In this document: positions 26,201 through 38,918 of the stretch, in pieces
Numbering within the stretch: position 1 is the first letter of the stretch
How the letters are laid out: every line of letters begins with the position of its first letter
Origin: Bilabrum cf. latius
Lineage: Eukaryota
Length of the DNA: 64,000 bases
NCBI GenBank assembly: GCA_965178125.1
Contig: OZ237735.1
Coordinates: 2,294,001-2,358,000, forward strand
Direction: 5' to 3'
The notes under the pieces: generated by a model
Databases searched by the model: none
Told to the model about the DNA's origin: nothing
Seen by the model: only the letters and a program-made list of their open reading frames with translations
Position numbers and translations under genes: made by a program

Positions 26201-29200
26201 CGTCCTGTGTCTCCCAGCTCCGGCGAGCACGCAGATACAGCTGTCTGTACGACCCCAGGCACCATTTCTTCGTGAGATGCTGCCGTTTGCACATCGGCAA
26301 GGCAGGGTAGGCCTGCTGCTGTAGCAAACGAGCCAAAGAGCTGACCTGTCAGCGATGTGCCAAGCAACAATGCTCGCTCGAACACCATCTCGTTCGGCTG
26401 ATTTGTTCTACCTATTAGTCCGCCAGGGTCTTGCGCAGCATCAATCGAACGGTTGCGCTGCAGATCGATCCAGTGCGGTGCCCCGCTTGCTGCATGCATC
26501 TCACGAATGCCTCCGAGCGGCAAATAGGGCCGCACTGCCGCACGGCACTGTGCGGCCACGATGGCAGATCGCACTGCGTTGTGCTGTGAAACATCCTGCT
26601 GCTATGCCTCGGTCCAATCGGCAGCAGCTCGCGCACCGTGTGGGGTCTGAGGCGCGCCCGTACCGGAGCTGGGGCCCTGGGGCTCTGCGCCGCTGGACGT
26701 GAACGGCTTGGCTAGAAACGAGCTGGCGGTCCACAGGTCAGAGACGAGTCGCGCGTGGCTTCCAAGGGCCTGGGCTTTTTCGGTAGCTATATCTGTCTGC
26801 TAGCCTACCAAAGCGGTGGCTGCAGCGTGCGTTGCCTCTAGCACGCACTGAGTCTGTACCCCTCGCCGCACTGCAACCCGCGCAGCTACGTCTGGCTATT
26901 GAGAGGCAAGCCTGATAGCGATCGAGTCTACGTGAGTGGCTGCCTTCCAGACATCGGCAGCTGCCAAGTCCGCACTGTCTACCAGCGACCGCTGCCCAGC
27001 CAAGCTGCCTAGCGTACCAGCAGAGGACACTTGCAGAGCCAATGCAACCGCCCCCGCCGCCCGCTGAGCTGCCGCATGCGGCCCGATGGAAGGGTTGCAC
27101 GCACGCTGGTCCCATGTCAGGCGGTGCGCTCGAGGTGATCGCGCGAGCGAGCCGAGCCGATCTGCAGGAATCGCAGCGCACGCTAGCGCGGCCTCGGCGG
27201 ATAGAGAGCTAGAAACTCGAGCGCTCGATCTCAGCGATGAGGCAACTGCGTCTGCCATCATAGGCGCAATGCAGTCGGCCATAGCTCGCCTAGCAGCTCG
27301 CACCAGTCGTGCAGGGTCGGCTACGCCACCTGCTGATCTTCCCATCTGTGTCGTGGACCGCGCAACAGCGTCCTGTAGGCGCTGCCTAGCATCTGCACTG
27401 CTACCAGCCAGCGCTCTACTACCGCCTGCTGCCTCGTACGCGACTGGTCCGAATGCATCTGGGTAGTCCATAGCTGATGTTGCTAAGCTTGGCAAACCCG
27501 CTGCTGCAAGTACCCCGACCCCGCCTGTCGGCACGAGGTTGATCCCTGAGCTGGCCCGAAGAATCCGCTGGGCCAGCAACAGGGGAGGGTCGGGGGTGCT
27601 GCCACCAGGCTTTGGCTACTCTGCAGCGCGCTCAACCAGCAAGGGCTAGCTTGGGGCGGACGCTGCGGCATCTTCCAGAACCTCGGCCACCCGAGCAGCA
27701 CCACTGAGGAACTGTAATTCCTGCCACAGCATTGCCTGGTCCCACTCCGCCTAAAGCACCCCCACCTGTGACTTTGCCTGCGCGGCTGCTGCAGCCGATG
27801 CCTCCAGTCTGGCACGAGCAACGCCCGCGGCAGCAGACACGGTCCCGTCCCATTCGATCCCTGGAGTTCGTTTCTCTGTGACCCTGTATTCCAGTGGCAG
27901 CCAGTGCCGACTCGGGGTCGACTGTGCCCCTGCTGTTGCCGCTGACAGCGGAAAGGCAGCACGGCAGGCTTCAGCCATGACTGCAGGTCGAGGCAGATGC
28001 ATGCCAATCCCGGTGGACGATGACACAGGCTTGGCCCCGAACCTGGCGGCTGCACTGCGGAGAAAAGCGAGCATGCGCTTGCTGTGCGACTGCAGATATC
28101 GGAGCCTCGAATCCACACTACTGCTGCTGCTCGCCGCCGAAGCGGGACCATTCCCAAGCGCAGAGCTAGGCATCCCCACCCAAAGAGCTTGAGCCAAAGC
28201 GCTCCGAGTTGCGACTGCCCGACGTGATACTGCCATCCGTGCATGCCCGCTAGTCTTTGCTGCGTCGATCCCGCTGCCGAGGAGACCCCTGACGGCATCC
28301 CCCTCTGTCGCCTTAGACTGCGCGTCGGGTCCGACGAACCCTTGCGCGCACAGCATCGCGGGATCGGACTGGAGGGCCCGCACAGCCTCGGGGCCATACT
28401 TCCACCGCTCTGCCACGGGACGCGGGGTTCCGTCCCACGCAAGAACCGGATGGCCCAGCGCACCCAAGGCAGCCGATGTTTTGCTAGATAGCAACACGTC
28501 AATGTTGCTGGGCAGCAGTCCGGTCGCCTCGCAGCCCGCCCTCCACATTGCAGCAGCGGTGCGACCGCAGCGCGCAAGCTCAGCAAGCGGGCGGATCGCG
28601 TCGTCAGCAGACTTGGCCGGGCTGCAGTGTAGATTGACGAGGGAAGCCAGCGATTCGCCGCATGCGATCAGGGAGGCCTGCCACTGCAGGAGTTCGTCAA
28701 CGTCGCCCACCCCCGAGCTGCCCACGCTCGTGCACCACTCGCCGCCCACAAGGGCCACGGCGGCCGCCGCGTCCGGAGATGTGACCGGAACCGGCAGGGA
28801 AGCTGGACGAGACCTAGAGATGCGGTCTGCGGTTGGGCGCAGCGGCCCCGCAAACTTTGCGGCGCCAACGGCCAAGGCGGTGGGGTGCCAAGCCCGCAGA
28901 TACGCGCTCGCTCGCTTGAACACGTTCACGGCATCAACAACTTTGTCAGTGCTGCCTAGGAGCTGCACGGTGGCGTTGTGCAGCATTCGTAGCAGCCTAA
29001 GTACCGCATCCGACAGGATTCGAGATGCGCCTGACAGCTCCATGATCGGACCGGAGGGCTCGCCATCGTTTGCCCCGGCAGACCCACCCAGCGCGCCCCG
29101 GATGATTCTTCCGAGTGCAGTGGCATGGGCTGTGATCGCTTCTTCGAAGGCCTTCTTGGGATCACCAGCAGAAGCTGTCCGGCAAATGACCGCGTGCAAT

Positions 29201-32066
29201 GCCATGGCATGCCCCACCGCAGCTGGCACAAGCGTGCCATCCAGGGCGTAGTCTTGCGGCTTGTGCACTGACGCGGCAGTCACAGAAAACATGGTTCGCT
29301 CCGGATGTGGGGCGGCCGTGCAGTGCCAGACGGCAGCGGCTGCTTCTGAAGACAACGCAGATAGGAGAGCAACAGCCCTCGGCAGCATGGGGCGGGCGAG
29401 GGACGGCACTGCTTGCAGGAGCGATATTAGTCGCTTCGCTGCCGGTACAAGCTGGGCCAATCTGCGTCTGAACCTCTGGCCTGAGTGCTTGCTGGCTCGT
29501 AATGATGACGACTCGATGCGTTTGGCGAGCCGGCAGCCGCGGAGACTCTGCATCTGCGCCTGGCTGGGCTTGCACAGAGCGAACGATACGTGGTCCAGGG
29601 GATCGGGGTCCGGAACTCCGATGGCAGCCCCCTCACTGCGCCTAGACTGGGGCTCCAAAATGTCTCTCGTTGCGAATTCGAACGCGTCCTCCTCCGCCGG
29701 GCTGTACAAGGCACCACTCACCAGCGAGGAGCCGGACCCTCCCGCTTCCAGCCACACCGAGGCGGTCCTTCCCCACTCCCTGTGGAGGTCAATGCCTATC
29801 CCAGAAAGCACCCCGCACTCCCAAGCACCTCCAGTCCCGGTGGTTCCTCCCCCAATGCCATCACCAGGAGCGGGAGCGAGCCCAGTCCCGGGATCAACCC
29901 CGAGTGCGCAGTACCTGAGCTGCGGGGGCAGCGCAGACGTCGGGCGAAAGTCAGCGCTCATGACTGACCGAATCGCCGGGGCTGCGTACCTACCAATCGG
30001 GGCGCTGAATCCATGGGACAGCAGCGCAATCAAGAGGGAAACTAGAGGGTCATCGCCCAATCCTTGCCCCAGGTCGGCACGGCACGCAGCGCCACCGGAA
30101 GCACCTCCAGCGGCAGCAGCTGCTTTGAGGGCCGCACCTGCGCCTGCAGCACCGGCACCGAGACCAAGGGGGCAGACAAGCAGGCCCAGTAGCACCCATC
30201 GTCGAGCCCTTGCGTGCAGGTGGAGCCAGTGCGCGTCGTGCAGCGCCGCAGCGGATGGCTGCACAAACAGAGCGTCGTTGTCAGCAGCAGGCAGCACCCC
30301 TGCGGGGTCAAGGAGAGCCGCGGCACTGCTGGTCGCTCCCGGTGCTGCCAAGGCAGACGACATGGTCGTGCTATCACCGGAAGCACCATCCGAAACGCTT
30401 CCCATCGACCTGCGCCCAGGCCCGTGGGGAGCGCTGAGCACGGCCCCCCGGGGAACAACCCTGCCCACGCCAGCGCCAGCGAAAGAGGACACGGCGGTAC
30501 CGAACGATTTCCGCGCGCTTATCCCGCTGCCGTGGGCCCCAGCACCGCCACTCAGCACGGACCCGCGCTCGAACGCGACGGACAGTGCTGCGCTTCTCCT
30601 CGAAAGGTTGCTTGAGCTGGAGGACGCACTACTTCCAGATCGCCCGGCGGCGGCGCGGGCGGCGATCGCCGCTGCTTCTGCCGGATCAGCAGGCAGGGCA
30701 GACTCGCCCTCCCCAATGGAAGGCATCGCGGACGAGGTAGCCGACCTGGCGGCGCCGCCGGAACCTCCAGCGGCCGCCGACGGCCTGCCCCTGAACGCAC
30801 CGTGTGCGATCGCGGGCTGTGCCAGCGTGGCCAGCGGCGTGATATCTTCGTCCCAGGCTCGGGAGGCGCCATCGAGTAGGTGCTCGGTCCGCAAAATGCG
30901 CGGCGCCAGGTTCCGCAAACAGGCAGAGTACCAGCCGCTGCAGGCCGGTGCAAAGCTCGCCTGGGCAGCTCGGGTCGGTTCCGCAGACTGCCATCCCGCT
31001 CCGTAGCTGGGGTTTCCGGTGCAGGCGAGTAACAAGCGCTTGCACCGAGCGTAGGGCGTGACGTCCACTGCGGCTCGGGGCACGTTGATCTGGACGGGTC
31101 CTGTTGCTCCGTCGCGAGATGTCTCGGCGGCTGATGCGAACGCGTGAGCAGCGGCTACTAGGCGAGCGTGCTCGCCCCAAGCCCCGATTGCGTGCGCAAG
31201 ACGCAACGCTACCACGGGAATTTCCATCAGGTGCTGCATTGAGGCCGGCAGGGCATCTGCCGGAGCGGCGCAGTTGCCCGATGATGCTCGTCGCCACGCT
31301 CGGCTTGCGAGCGAGTCCGACTTTGATCCAGACTGTGACTACGGACCCGTAGCTAGAGAGTTTCCTTCGGAACCACACATCAATGAACTTGCCTCGGCGC
31401 ACAACGAGCCAGCGTTCTGCCACCAGCTGGCTGCGCTGTCGAGCACTTGAGCGAGTGGGGAGAGGCTGGACTTGATCTCGGTAGCTCGGGCACCGTCGGC
31501 AAGGAATTCGGCGGAGACCGGGTCCGACTGCGAAACCATTTGAATCAAAGATACACATGGGTTGCGCGTTGAGTACATACGCAGATGAGGTAAAGGCAAA
31601 CGAGGCCCACGGTTCTTACAGTTGCTAGCGTTTCAATCGCACTGAAGCACTGTAGCAGTGAAGCTCGGGACCTCTCCCACGATGTACGTTCCGCAGCAGG
31701 TGTATTGGAAGCCGTCCTGGACACCGACGACCTTCTATCCCGTGCTCCATCAGGCTATGGGTGGCTGGACGCCCCGGATGCACCTCCGCCAGGTCGGCGC
31801 TGCGCAGCGGATGAAGCAGATCGATCCCGACCGAACATCCCGGGCCCAACGCTAAAGAGATTTACCATAGTACTGTCTGGGTCTGGCACTGGGACCAGCA
31901 ACGGGGGCACTGCCCAATCCGGAAGCTCGGGACCGGGTCGATCCGATGCTCCGATTGCGGCGCGCAACGCAGAGGATGTGAGAGCAGCAGCATCGCCGAG
32001 CTTGCCAATGATGCGCTCGCCATCGTATACGATCTAGCATGCCGATTCATGCAGCTTGGCACTCAT
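23254..32066 (-). CDS. Giant (~2900 aa) Ala-rich protein with Nap1/NCKAP1 (WAVE complex)-like blocks; intron 31528-31619
   Basis: Fragments ending at 24835, 25186, 25498, 26896, 27751 and 31339 share one frame and end in TAG; the true stop is TAA at 23254. Exon 1 (MSAKLHESAC*IVYDGERIIGKL...) joins via GTAAGA..TCGCAG (92 nt). Blocks RRWVLLGLLVCP, SKHSGQRFRRRLAQLVPAAKRLISLLQAVPSLARP...LSALSSEAAAAVWH and TPGIE resemble remembered Nap1 blocks ([32 protein letters not shown]...PGLLGPK...LSFARDE..WLLRH; KPGVES). The gene itself is well supported; the Nap1 identity is moderate. Confidence 0.65.
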
Positions 32067-32195
32067 TTTGCAAGCCAAATAGGAATGGATCCCTCCTGTC
32101 GCGAAGCCTGGTCGCAAGCTAGTTTTGATTTGTTGGGTGTGGTTTGAGGTATATCCAACGGGTGCGAAACAGAAAGTGGCGATAAAAGATACATC

Positions 32196-35100
32196 ATGGC
32201 CGACGATTTTGGTGGTACCCTAGCTACTCTTCGAAATATATAGGCAGATATTCGCATTCAGCTCGAAGATAGCGAGAAGCCCCTTCAAATAGGAGACAGG
32301 GTTCAGGGCTACTATCCGTCGGAGGATGGGGGAGAAGGGAGCTTTTACGGGGGGCGTGTCGAAAAAATGAACTTGAAGGATGGCACATACTTTGTTGTAT
32401 TTGATGATGGAGACGAAGACGACTTTCATATTTGGGAGCTTCGTCGAGAGCTGTCCCGGGACACCACAGTGGAAGCATTGTCCAGAGATGGAAAGTGGGT
32501 GTCAGGAAAGGTAAGAGGCTCGCACGCAGTCCATCCAGTGCCTGATCTGATCTGGCGACTAGGTTTAATTTTTTGATTGGACCCAACAGCACTTCTCGGG
32601 CGCAGGTGTCTAGCGTTACTGAAGATGGCGAGTACCAGGTAATCGCTGAAGACGGGGCCGTGCTCGAAGGTGGACCGTTCACGCGACGTTAGCTCCGCAT
32701 GCCTCTGAAAATTGGATCCGATGTGTACTACGTTGAAGGCGGGCGCGGGCGCGAGCAGGCAGCGCGGGTGCTGCACCACTCCAGCAGCAGGGGCGAGTAC
32801 GAGGTGCAACTGCTCAGCGAGCGCGACATCGAGGACGAGCAGCGGGCCATCGAAGCCGGAATGGACCCAGACAGTGACGATCTTGATCAAGACAGGAGAC
32901 GCTACGATGACCGAGACCGCAGGGACTCGAGGGACCGCCACGGCAGCAGGCGAAGCAGGCTCCGGGCTGGGCCCCACGAGCTGCGCGCGTGCATCGACGG
33001 CCGCACCGCCTCGAGACTGCTCGCACTCCTGGACGATTCTGACCTCGCCGCTCCGCTCCGAGCCGACAAGCTGGAGGAGTGCCTCAGGCTGTGCGGCGCT
33101 ATCATCGAGGACGCTGCCGTGCAGGCAGTGCTGGAGGCCGCGCAGAACAAGGGCAGGCAGGCCTCCAGGGCACTGGAGAGCAGAGGCATGCGCCATCGGC
33201 TCGTGGTATCGTCGGGCAGGCACGGGGACGGATCACTGCACGCTGGCAGGCGGCAGCGCAGCAGCAGCAGCAGCAGGATGAGGAGGAGCGGCACCCGTCG
33301 GGGGGGCGGGGCCTCATCGGGGGCCGGCGGTGACTACGATAGGGAGCCTGCGTTTGGACCAGGGCAGGCGCCCACGGAGGCGCAGGCGGGCCGGACTGCC
33401 GTGGCCGTGCTGTTGGCACTGGACGACACTCCGGAAGGCCTGCAGGCGTGGTGCATGGCTCGTGGAGCCGCCGCCCTGCCTTTCTTGCAGGCGGGTGCCG
33501 GTTCGTTGGCAGCTCGTGTGGGTCAGCGGCGCCGACTGGGTAGGGCTGCCGGCCGCATGCGGGACGGTGACGGCGCCGAAGACGAGGCGGACGCGGCAGC
33601 GAGAGGGGGATACGTCTCCGAGCTGCCGCCACTAGAGGGCGCGGGTGTGCTGGCCCGCAAGCTGCGAGAGGAGCTGCAGCTCGCGGTGCAGAAACTGGTG
33701 GAGGCGGGGGAACCTGCGCCCGTTGCGCGCGTGCTGTCCGAGATGGACCGCTCATCCGACGGCGGGCTGTCGCTGGACGAACTGAAAGAGCTGTTGCGCA
33801 GGCTAGGGATCGACGACATGGAGCAGACCTAGATGAAGCTGCTTGCAGAGTCGCTCGACTCGGACGGCAGCGGGGACGTGAGCGTGGAGGAGCTCCGTGA
33901 ATTCCTGGGGGATGGTCGCACCGCCGAAGAAGGGGGTGAGGAAGTGGGGCTGGTGGCCACCCGCCTGCGGGCCGCTCTCTTCTCGGCCGCGATCGCCGAT
34001 GGTGACCCGTCGGGTGGAGCGGCAGGCGGGGACGGGGGCCGAGGCGAAGACCTTGGGAAGGGCGAACGCAGCAGGGACAGGGACAGGGGTAGGGACAGGC
34101 GCGGCGCGTCGAGCGGGGCGGGCGACGGCAGCGAGCCGTTGTCCCCCACGCTGCTCAAGCTCATGCGCTCGATCGACACCGACAAGGACGGCAGGGTCAC
34201 CCCGAAGGAGATTCAGATCGCGGCGCAGCAGCTGGGCATTCCTCTGGGTCCCGAGCAGGCCCGCCGGCTCATTGATCGCCTGGACAAGGACAAGGACGGG
34301 TCCGTGTCCGTGGACGAGCTGGCTGCCTTTGTGAACCAGAAGCAGTTTGCGCGCAGCCTGCAGCGAAGGCTGGCGCAGCTGTACCGGTCTCTGGCGCGGC
34401 ACGGCAGGAGCCTGGAGCGCGAGCTCAGGGAGGAGGAGCAGGGCAGGAGGCGGGCGTGGAGGCGACACGACAGGGACATGCGAGAGCGCGGCGGGGGGTC
34501 GGGGATGGGCGGGTTTGACGCCGGCGGCGGGTGGGGCCAGGCAGCGTACTACCCCGAGGACATGGGCGGGGCAACTGCGGAGGACTACAGGGACCAGAGG
34601 GACGGAGACGAGGAGCGGATCACGGGGGAGATGCGGCAGGCCGCTCTCCCCGCGGACTTTGCCTCTGCCGTATCTGTGCGCGAGTGCATGGTCAGGCTGG
34701 GCGCGACCCTCAGCGACTTGCAGATCGACGCCGTGTGCGCCGCTGCGGCGGCCACGGACTCGGGCAGGCCCGACGCCGTGGACATCCGCAAGCTGGTGCG
34801 AGTGGTGGCCAGCGCCTCGGAGGCCTACGAGCAGCGTGAACGGGAGGGTGACGCGGGGGACAAGCCGACCGACGACCCTGTGGCGGATTTGGCAGGCGCT
34901 GGCGGGGCGGCGGACGGCGCGCTGGGCGTGGGAGGCATGGCCTCGGGGGGTTCCGTCGTGGCTGGGATCCGGGGCATCGACGGTCCAGTGCTGCTCAGCA
35001 GCGGCCCCGCGGCGGCCACGCATGAGGAAGGCGGTGCCAGGCTGTCGTACCTCAGACCCGAGGACATTCAGGTGGCGGGAGCAGAGGGCGGTACCGTCGA

Positions 35101-38100
35101 GGCGATGCCCGACGATCTCGTCGCGCCCGACGCGTCCGAAGCGCAGCTGGGTTTCCTCACCGAGGGCATGCTGCCTGCCGAGTCGGCTGGAAGCAGGCGG
35201 AAAGGGCTCGACTTGGCGGCGGTGCGTGCCGGCATGGATGCCGCGTGCGGGCGGTACGGCTGGCACGACACGCTGTGGAGGAGCGCGGTCCGGGGAGCTG
35301 TGGCGGTGCTTGCCTCCCCTTTCGCATCTACACCGGATTCGGGCGGGCCGTCGTTGATTGGCGGGGCGGCGGGTGCGATGGCCGGCGGCGGCATGCCCTC
35401 CACCTCGCGCCAGATCCCGCAGTGGCGGTTGCCCGCGGCGCTGTCGGTGCTGGGCATCGAGGCCTCTCAGGAAGAAGCCATGGGCCAGGTGGCGGTTGCA
35501 CAGCACGAGCTCGGCTCTTCCGCTGCCCTTGCCGCCGGCGGATCCGCTGCCGTCGGCGGGAGCGGGGCTGGCAGCATGCCGCTTTCGGAGGCTATCGTGG
35601 AGCGTGCGGCCAGGCGACTGAGCCAGCTACAGCTGGGCAGGGGCATGTCGGCTCGGCAGCTGTGCCGGATCCGGGCCGCGCTGGACGTCTTTGCCAACCG
35701 TGGCAGCCGTCCTGGGTTTCTCTCTCGATCCGAGCTGGCATACGCTCTCGCTGGGTCCGCCGTGGAAAAGGCGGGGGCCGAGCCGGGGGTACCTGCACGG
35801 GACGGCGCGGCGAGCAGCAGAGCCGGCGATGACCTGCAGAGGACGGGATCCAGCAGCAGCAGCAGCAGCAGCAGGCGGACCAGGGGTGAACTCAGTCTGC
35901 GGGACACGACGTTCGGTCTCGGCGTGCGTCCAGACGACGCTGTTGTGCTCGCAAATGCGGTGCAGTCGGACGATCCCAACGGGCTCGTCGAGGTGGCCGC
36001 CTTTCTGGGCACCCTGCAGCGGGCGGCTGCCGGGCTCTGGGTGCCCGAAGCGTCATCGCCTGCCGTGCGCAGGGCATTGGCAATGCTGTGCGGCCCACTG
36101 ACCATGCTGCCGCAGTCCAGGATCGTCCCCAGCCCGGCCGCGATGCAAGGGGGTGGGGCCGGTCAGGACCTCGCGGTGTCGTTCGGAGGCGGCGCTGGCG
36201 CCGCTGCCGGCGGCAGCGGCCGGCCGGGGGCACCCGACAGAACCGTCTTCACCGGTCTGCCACCGCCGCACGAATTGGGCCCCGCCGTCGCCGCTTTGGC
36301 CCTGGCTCGCCTCCCTCGCACCTACCGCCCCTCGCTGCTGGCAGCCGTGGGTGCAGCACTCCCGCAGCATGGGAACTCCTTCGCGTCTCCCATAGGTTCC
36401 GCAGACGGTGGCGCCGCGCAGTTTCTTGCCCCCGTTCCGGAACCGGACCCAACCGGTGCGGTGCGAGCCGCCCTGCGAAGCGGCCGCACCGAGGAGCCCA
36501 TGGCGTCGACGAGGGCAGGAAGCGGTCCCGATGGCGCGCTGGGGCTGGTGAGGGGCAGGGGGGCGGATGGTCTGGGCCTAGGGCTGGGGTGGTACGACAT
36601 CGTGCCCGACAGTGGGGCGTCCGCCCAGGCTGCGGGCTGCCTCGGGATCGATCGGCCGTCGGCGGTCCCCGGCCTCAGCCGCTTCATGAGCCCGCTGCGG
36701 CTGCTCGGTGCCGAGGACACGGACGTGTGGGCCTTTGGATCGGAGCAGGTGAGACCGCTTGGCACCAGCGGGGCCTCATGCATCCGTTAGGCGGTGGTTG
36801 AGGCCGTGCAGGCGCAGGGCGTTCCCGTGCCGGTGGAGGGCCAGAGGGCCGCAGTGGTGGGTCGCGTGCTGCGCTTCTGCAGGTGCGACCTGGTGAAAGC
36901 GGAACAGGTCGGGATCGGCGCTGGCCTGCCCGCGGCAGGGGGTTTTCCCGGCGCCCAATAGCCCGCTTAGTCCGGGGCGATGATGCCGGGCTCTGGCGCC
37001 CTTGTTCCCCCGCAGCAGCAGTAGCCCGCCTCCACCAAGACCCGTCTCAGGCTCATGGGCCCGGTACAGAGCACGCCGGCGGCTTGGGACAACGCGCGGG
37101 AGGACGAGTGGGACTTCAGTCCCTCCCAGCTTTGGTACGCCAAGGAGCAGGAGCACGCCCGGGAGAAAGCCAGGGCGGAGGGAGTGCCTGGCGCCAACGC
37201 GCCCTACGATGGCCCCTTCGTTGGGCACCTGGTAGGCATGCCCCACGCGGAAGCAAAGGCGCAGTCCGCCACTGCTGTTGCGGAACTCAGGAAGGACAGC
37301 CGGCCGGGGGCGCCGCGCACCGAGGGAACAAGTGCCGGGGCGGCTCTCCCCTCCGACTGGAACCCCGCCAAGTGGCTCGTCAGGACCGACCATCCCAGGC
37401 TGCCGGGCAGGGACGCCGACCCGTACTCCGGCGCGGGGGACGGGAAGGCAAGGCTGTTCTTCGAGCTGTCCATGGTGGTGAGAGTTGACGCTGGCATCGC
37501 GGCGAGCGTGGCGGCTGGCAGGGACCCTTCGGCCGCCTCCGGTGCCCCAGCCGCGGGAGCGGGCCCCGGGATGGGCTCGATCGGCGGGCAGGCAAGTGGC
37601 ACGTCGAGTGGCGGCGGCGGGTCGGAAGAGCTCATCGAGGTGTCCTGTGGGTGGGGCATCGGCGTGCTGGATGCGTGGTGCGCCCAGGGAACAACGCAGC
37701 GGGTGGAGGTGCCCCTCAGGTACGGGCCCGCGCCCGAAGGCCTAGAGTTCATCGAGGATGACAGCAGGCAGCAGCGGAGCGGCGCGCGATCCATCCTCAA
37801 GATGTTTTCGGGGCACACGCCCTCGAGGCTGGTGCTGTCCATCACGCCTGCATCGCGACTCGCGGCCAAGCAGAGGGCCCAGCTGGCCCTGCTTCCGCTG
37901 ACCACCATCGCCCCCACCCACGCCCTGCCCGTGCTGGCAGCCTTCCGGCTGTGCCTGGCGGATGCCCTTAGCATCGAGGATCCCGCGGCCGCCGACGAGG
38001 ACTCCGCCGAAAACCTCGTCTTTGCGCCCGCCAGCGCGGTGCTGCGGCGGCTTATGGGCGACCCCTCCGCGATGGACGCACTCTCGGCCGCATGGGAGGC

Positions 38101-38611
38101 AGCCAAGCCGCACGTGAAAGACCCCTTCGCGCTGCGGGCGGCGCTCGCCTCTGTACTGCTGAGGATGTGGGGCGTGGATGCGGACGTGTCGAGGCGGCTG
38201 GAGATGGCGGCTCGGGCAGTGCACCAGACCGGCCTGGCGGCGGGAGGGGGTGCCGCGGCTCTTGTGCTCGGGGCGGGAGGAGGCCTCGCTGGGGGGGGAA
38301 GTGCCGCAGCTTCCGCCGCTCTTTCAAAGAGCGCGGGGCCTGCTGGATCCGTGTCAGCCCAGGGGCTTGATAGGGCGAGACGGCACTGGGGCCGCGCGGC
38401 GGCCGCCATGGCCGCGCATGCCTTCGCTGCCGGGGACGCAGTGGCAACGTGCGAGCCATTAGTGGGAGAGTCGAGCGCGCAGTGGGAAATGCAGGAAGGT
38501 GCCTCTACGGCGTCCAATGCGCCGGGGCAGGCGAGCCGGCGGGTGGGGTCGAGTGCGCCGTTTGACGTGCTGGAAAGCGCGATGGGCTATGGTGCCAGGC
38601 CCGGCATTTGA
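32196..38611 (+). CDS. NPHP1: Nephrocystin-1-like protein (~2100 aa) with N-terminal Tudor-like repeats, EF-hands and a C-terminal NPHP1-type domain; intron 32511-32605
   Basis: Tudor-like GDRVQGYY...FYGGRVEKMNLKDGTYFVVFDDGDED. EF-hand loops DRSSDGGLSLDE, DSDGSGDVSVEE, DTDKDGRVTPKE, DKDKDGSVSVDE. C-terminal AAWDNAREDEWDFSP, LFFELS, EVSCGW, LALLP...FRLCLADAL, MDALSAAW match remembered NPHP1 motifs (ATWQPKKPKTWTFSP, ILFELG, ELSCGW, LSLLP..YRQILGDVL, MDALRSSW). In-frame TAG at 32241, 32690, 33830, 36788, ~36959, ~36968, 37022; ends TGA. Confidence 0.78.
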
Positions 38612-38918
38612 GGCAGCTCCGTCGACTGGGAGCACCACGAGACCTGAGCCTGAATACTATGGTTGTTGTGCTGCCTATTTGGGCCGTTTCTGGTGCATGT
38701 AAGGTGCGGATCTAGTCCGAAATCACATGGGACTTGTTGCCACGGAGCCTGTGCCTGGGTAGCCGGAAAGGTCCGAGGATCGGATCATGTCAGGAACAAA
38801 CCGGAATCGAGAATCCACCGACCGCAGGGACAGATTGTTCACAAATATCATAGGAACCAGCGAAACGACTGGCACATATCCTCCGTAGTTCTTGTGAGTC
38901 AATTAGAAAGCGTCGATT

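Noticed and set aside
29261-31006. Long antisense or alternate-frame ORFs (for example 29261-31006, 33803-35506, 37204-38517, 3441-4445, 59601-60605, 62135-63316)
   Set aside because: They are shadow ORFs of GC-rich or repetitive genes on the other strand or frame, with no recognisable motifs.
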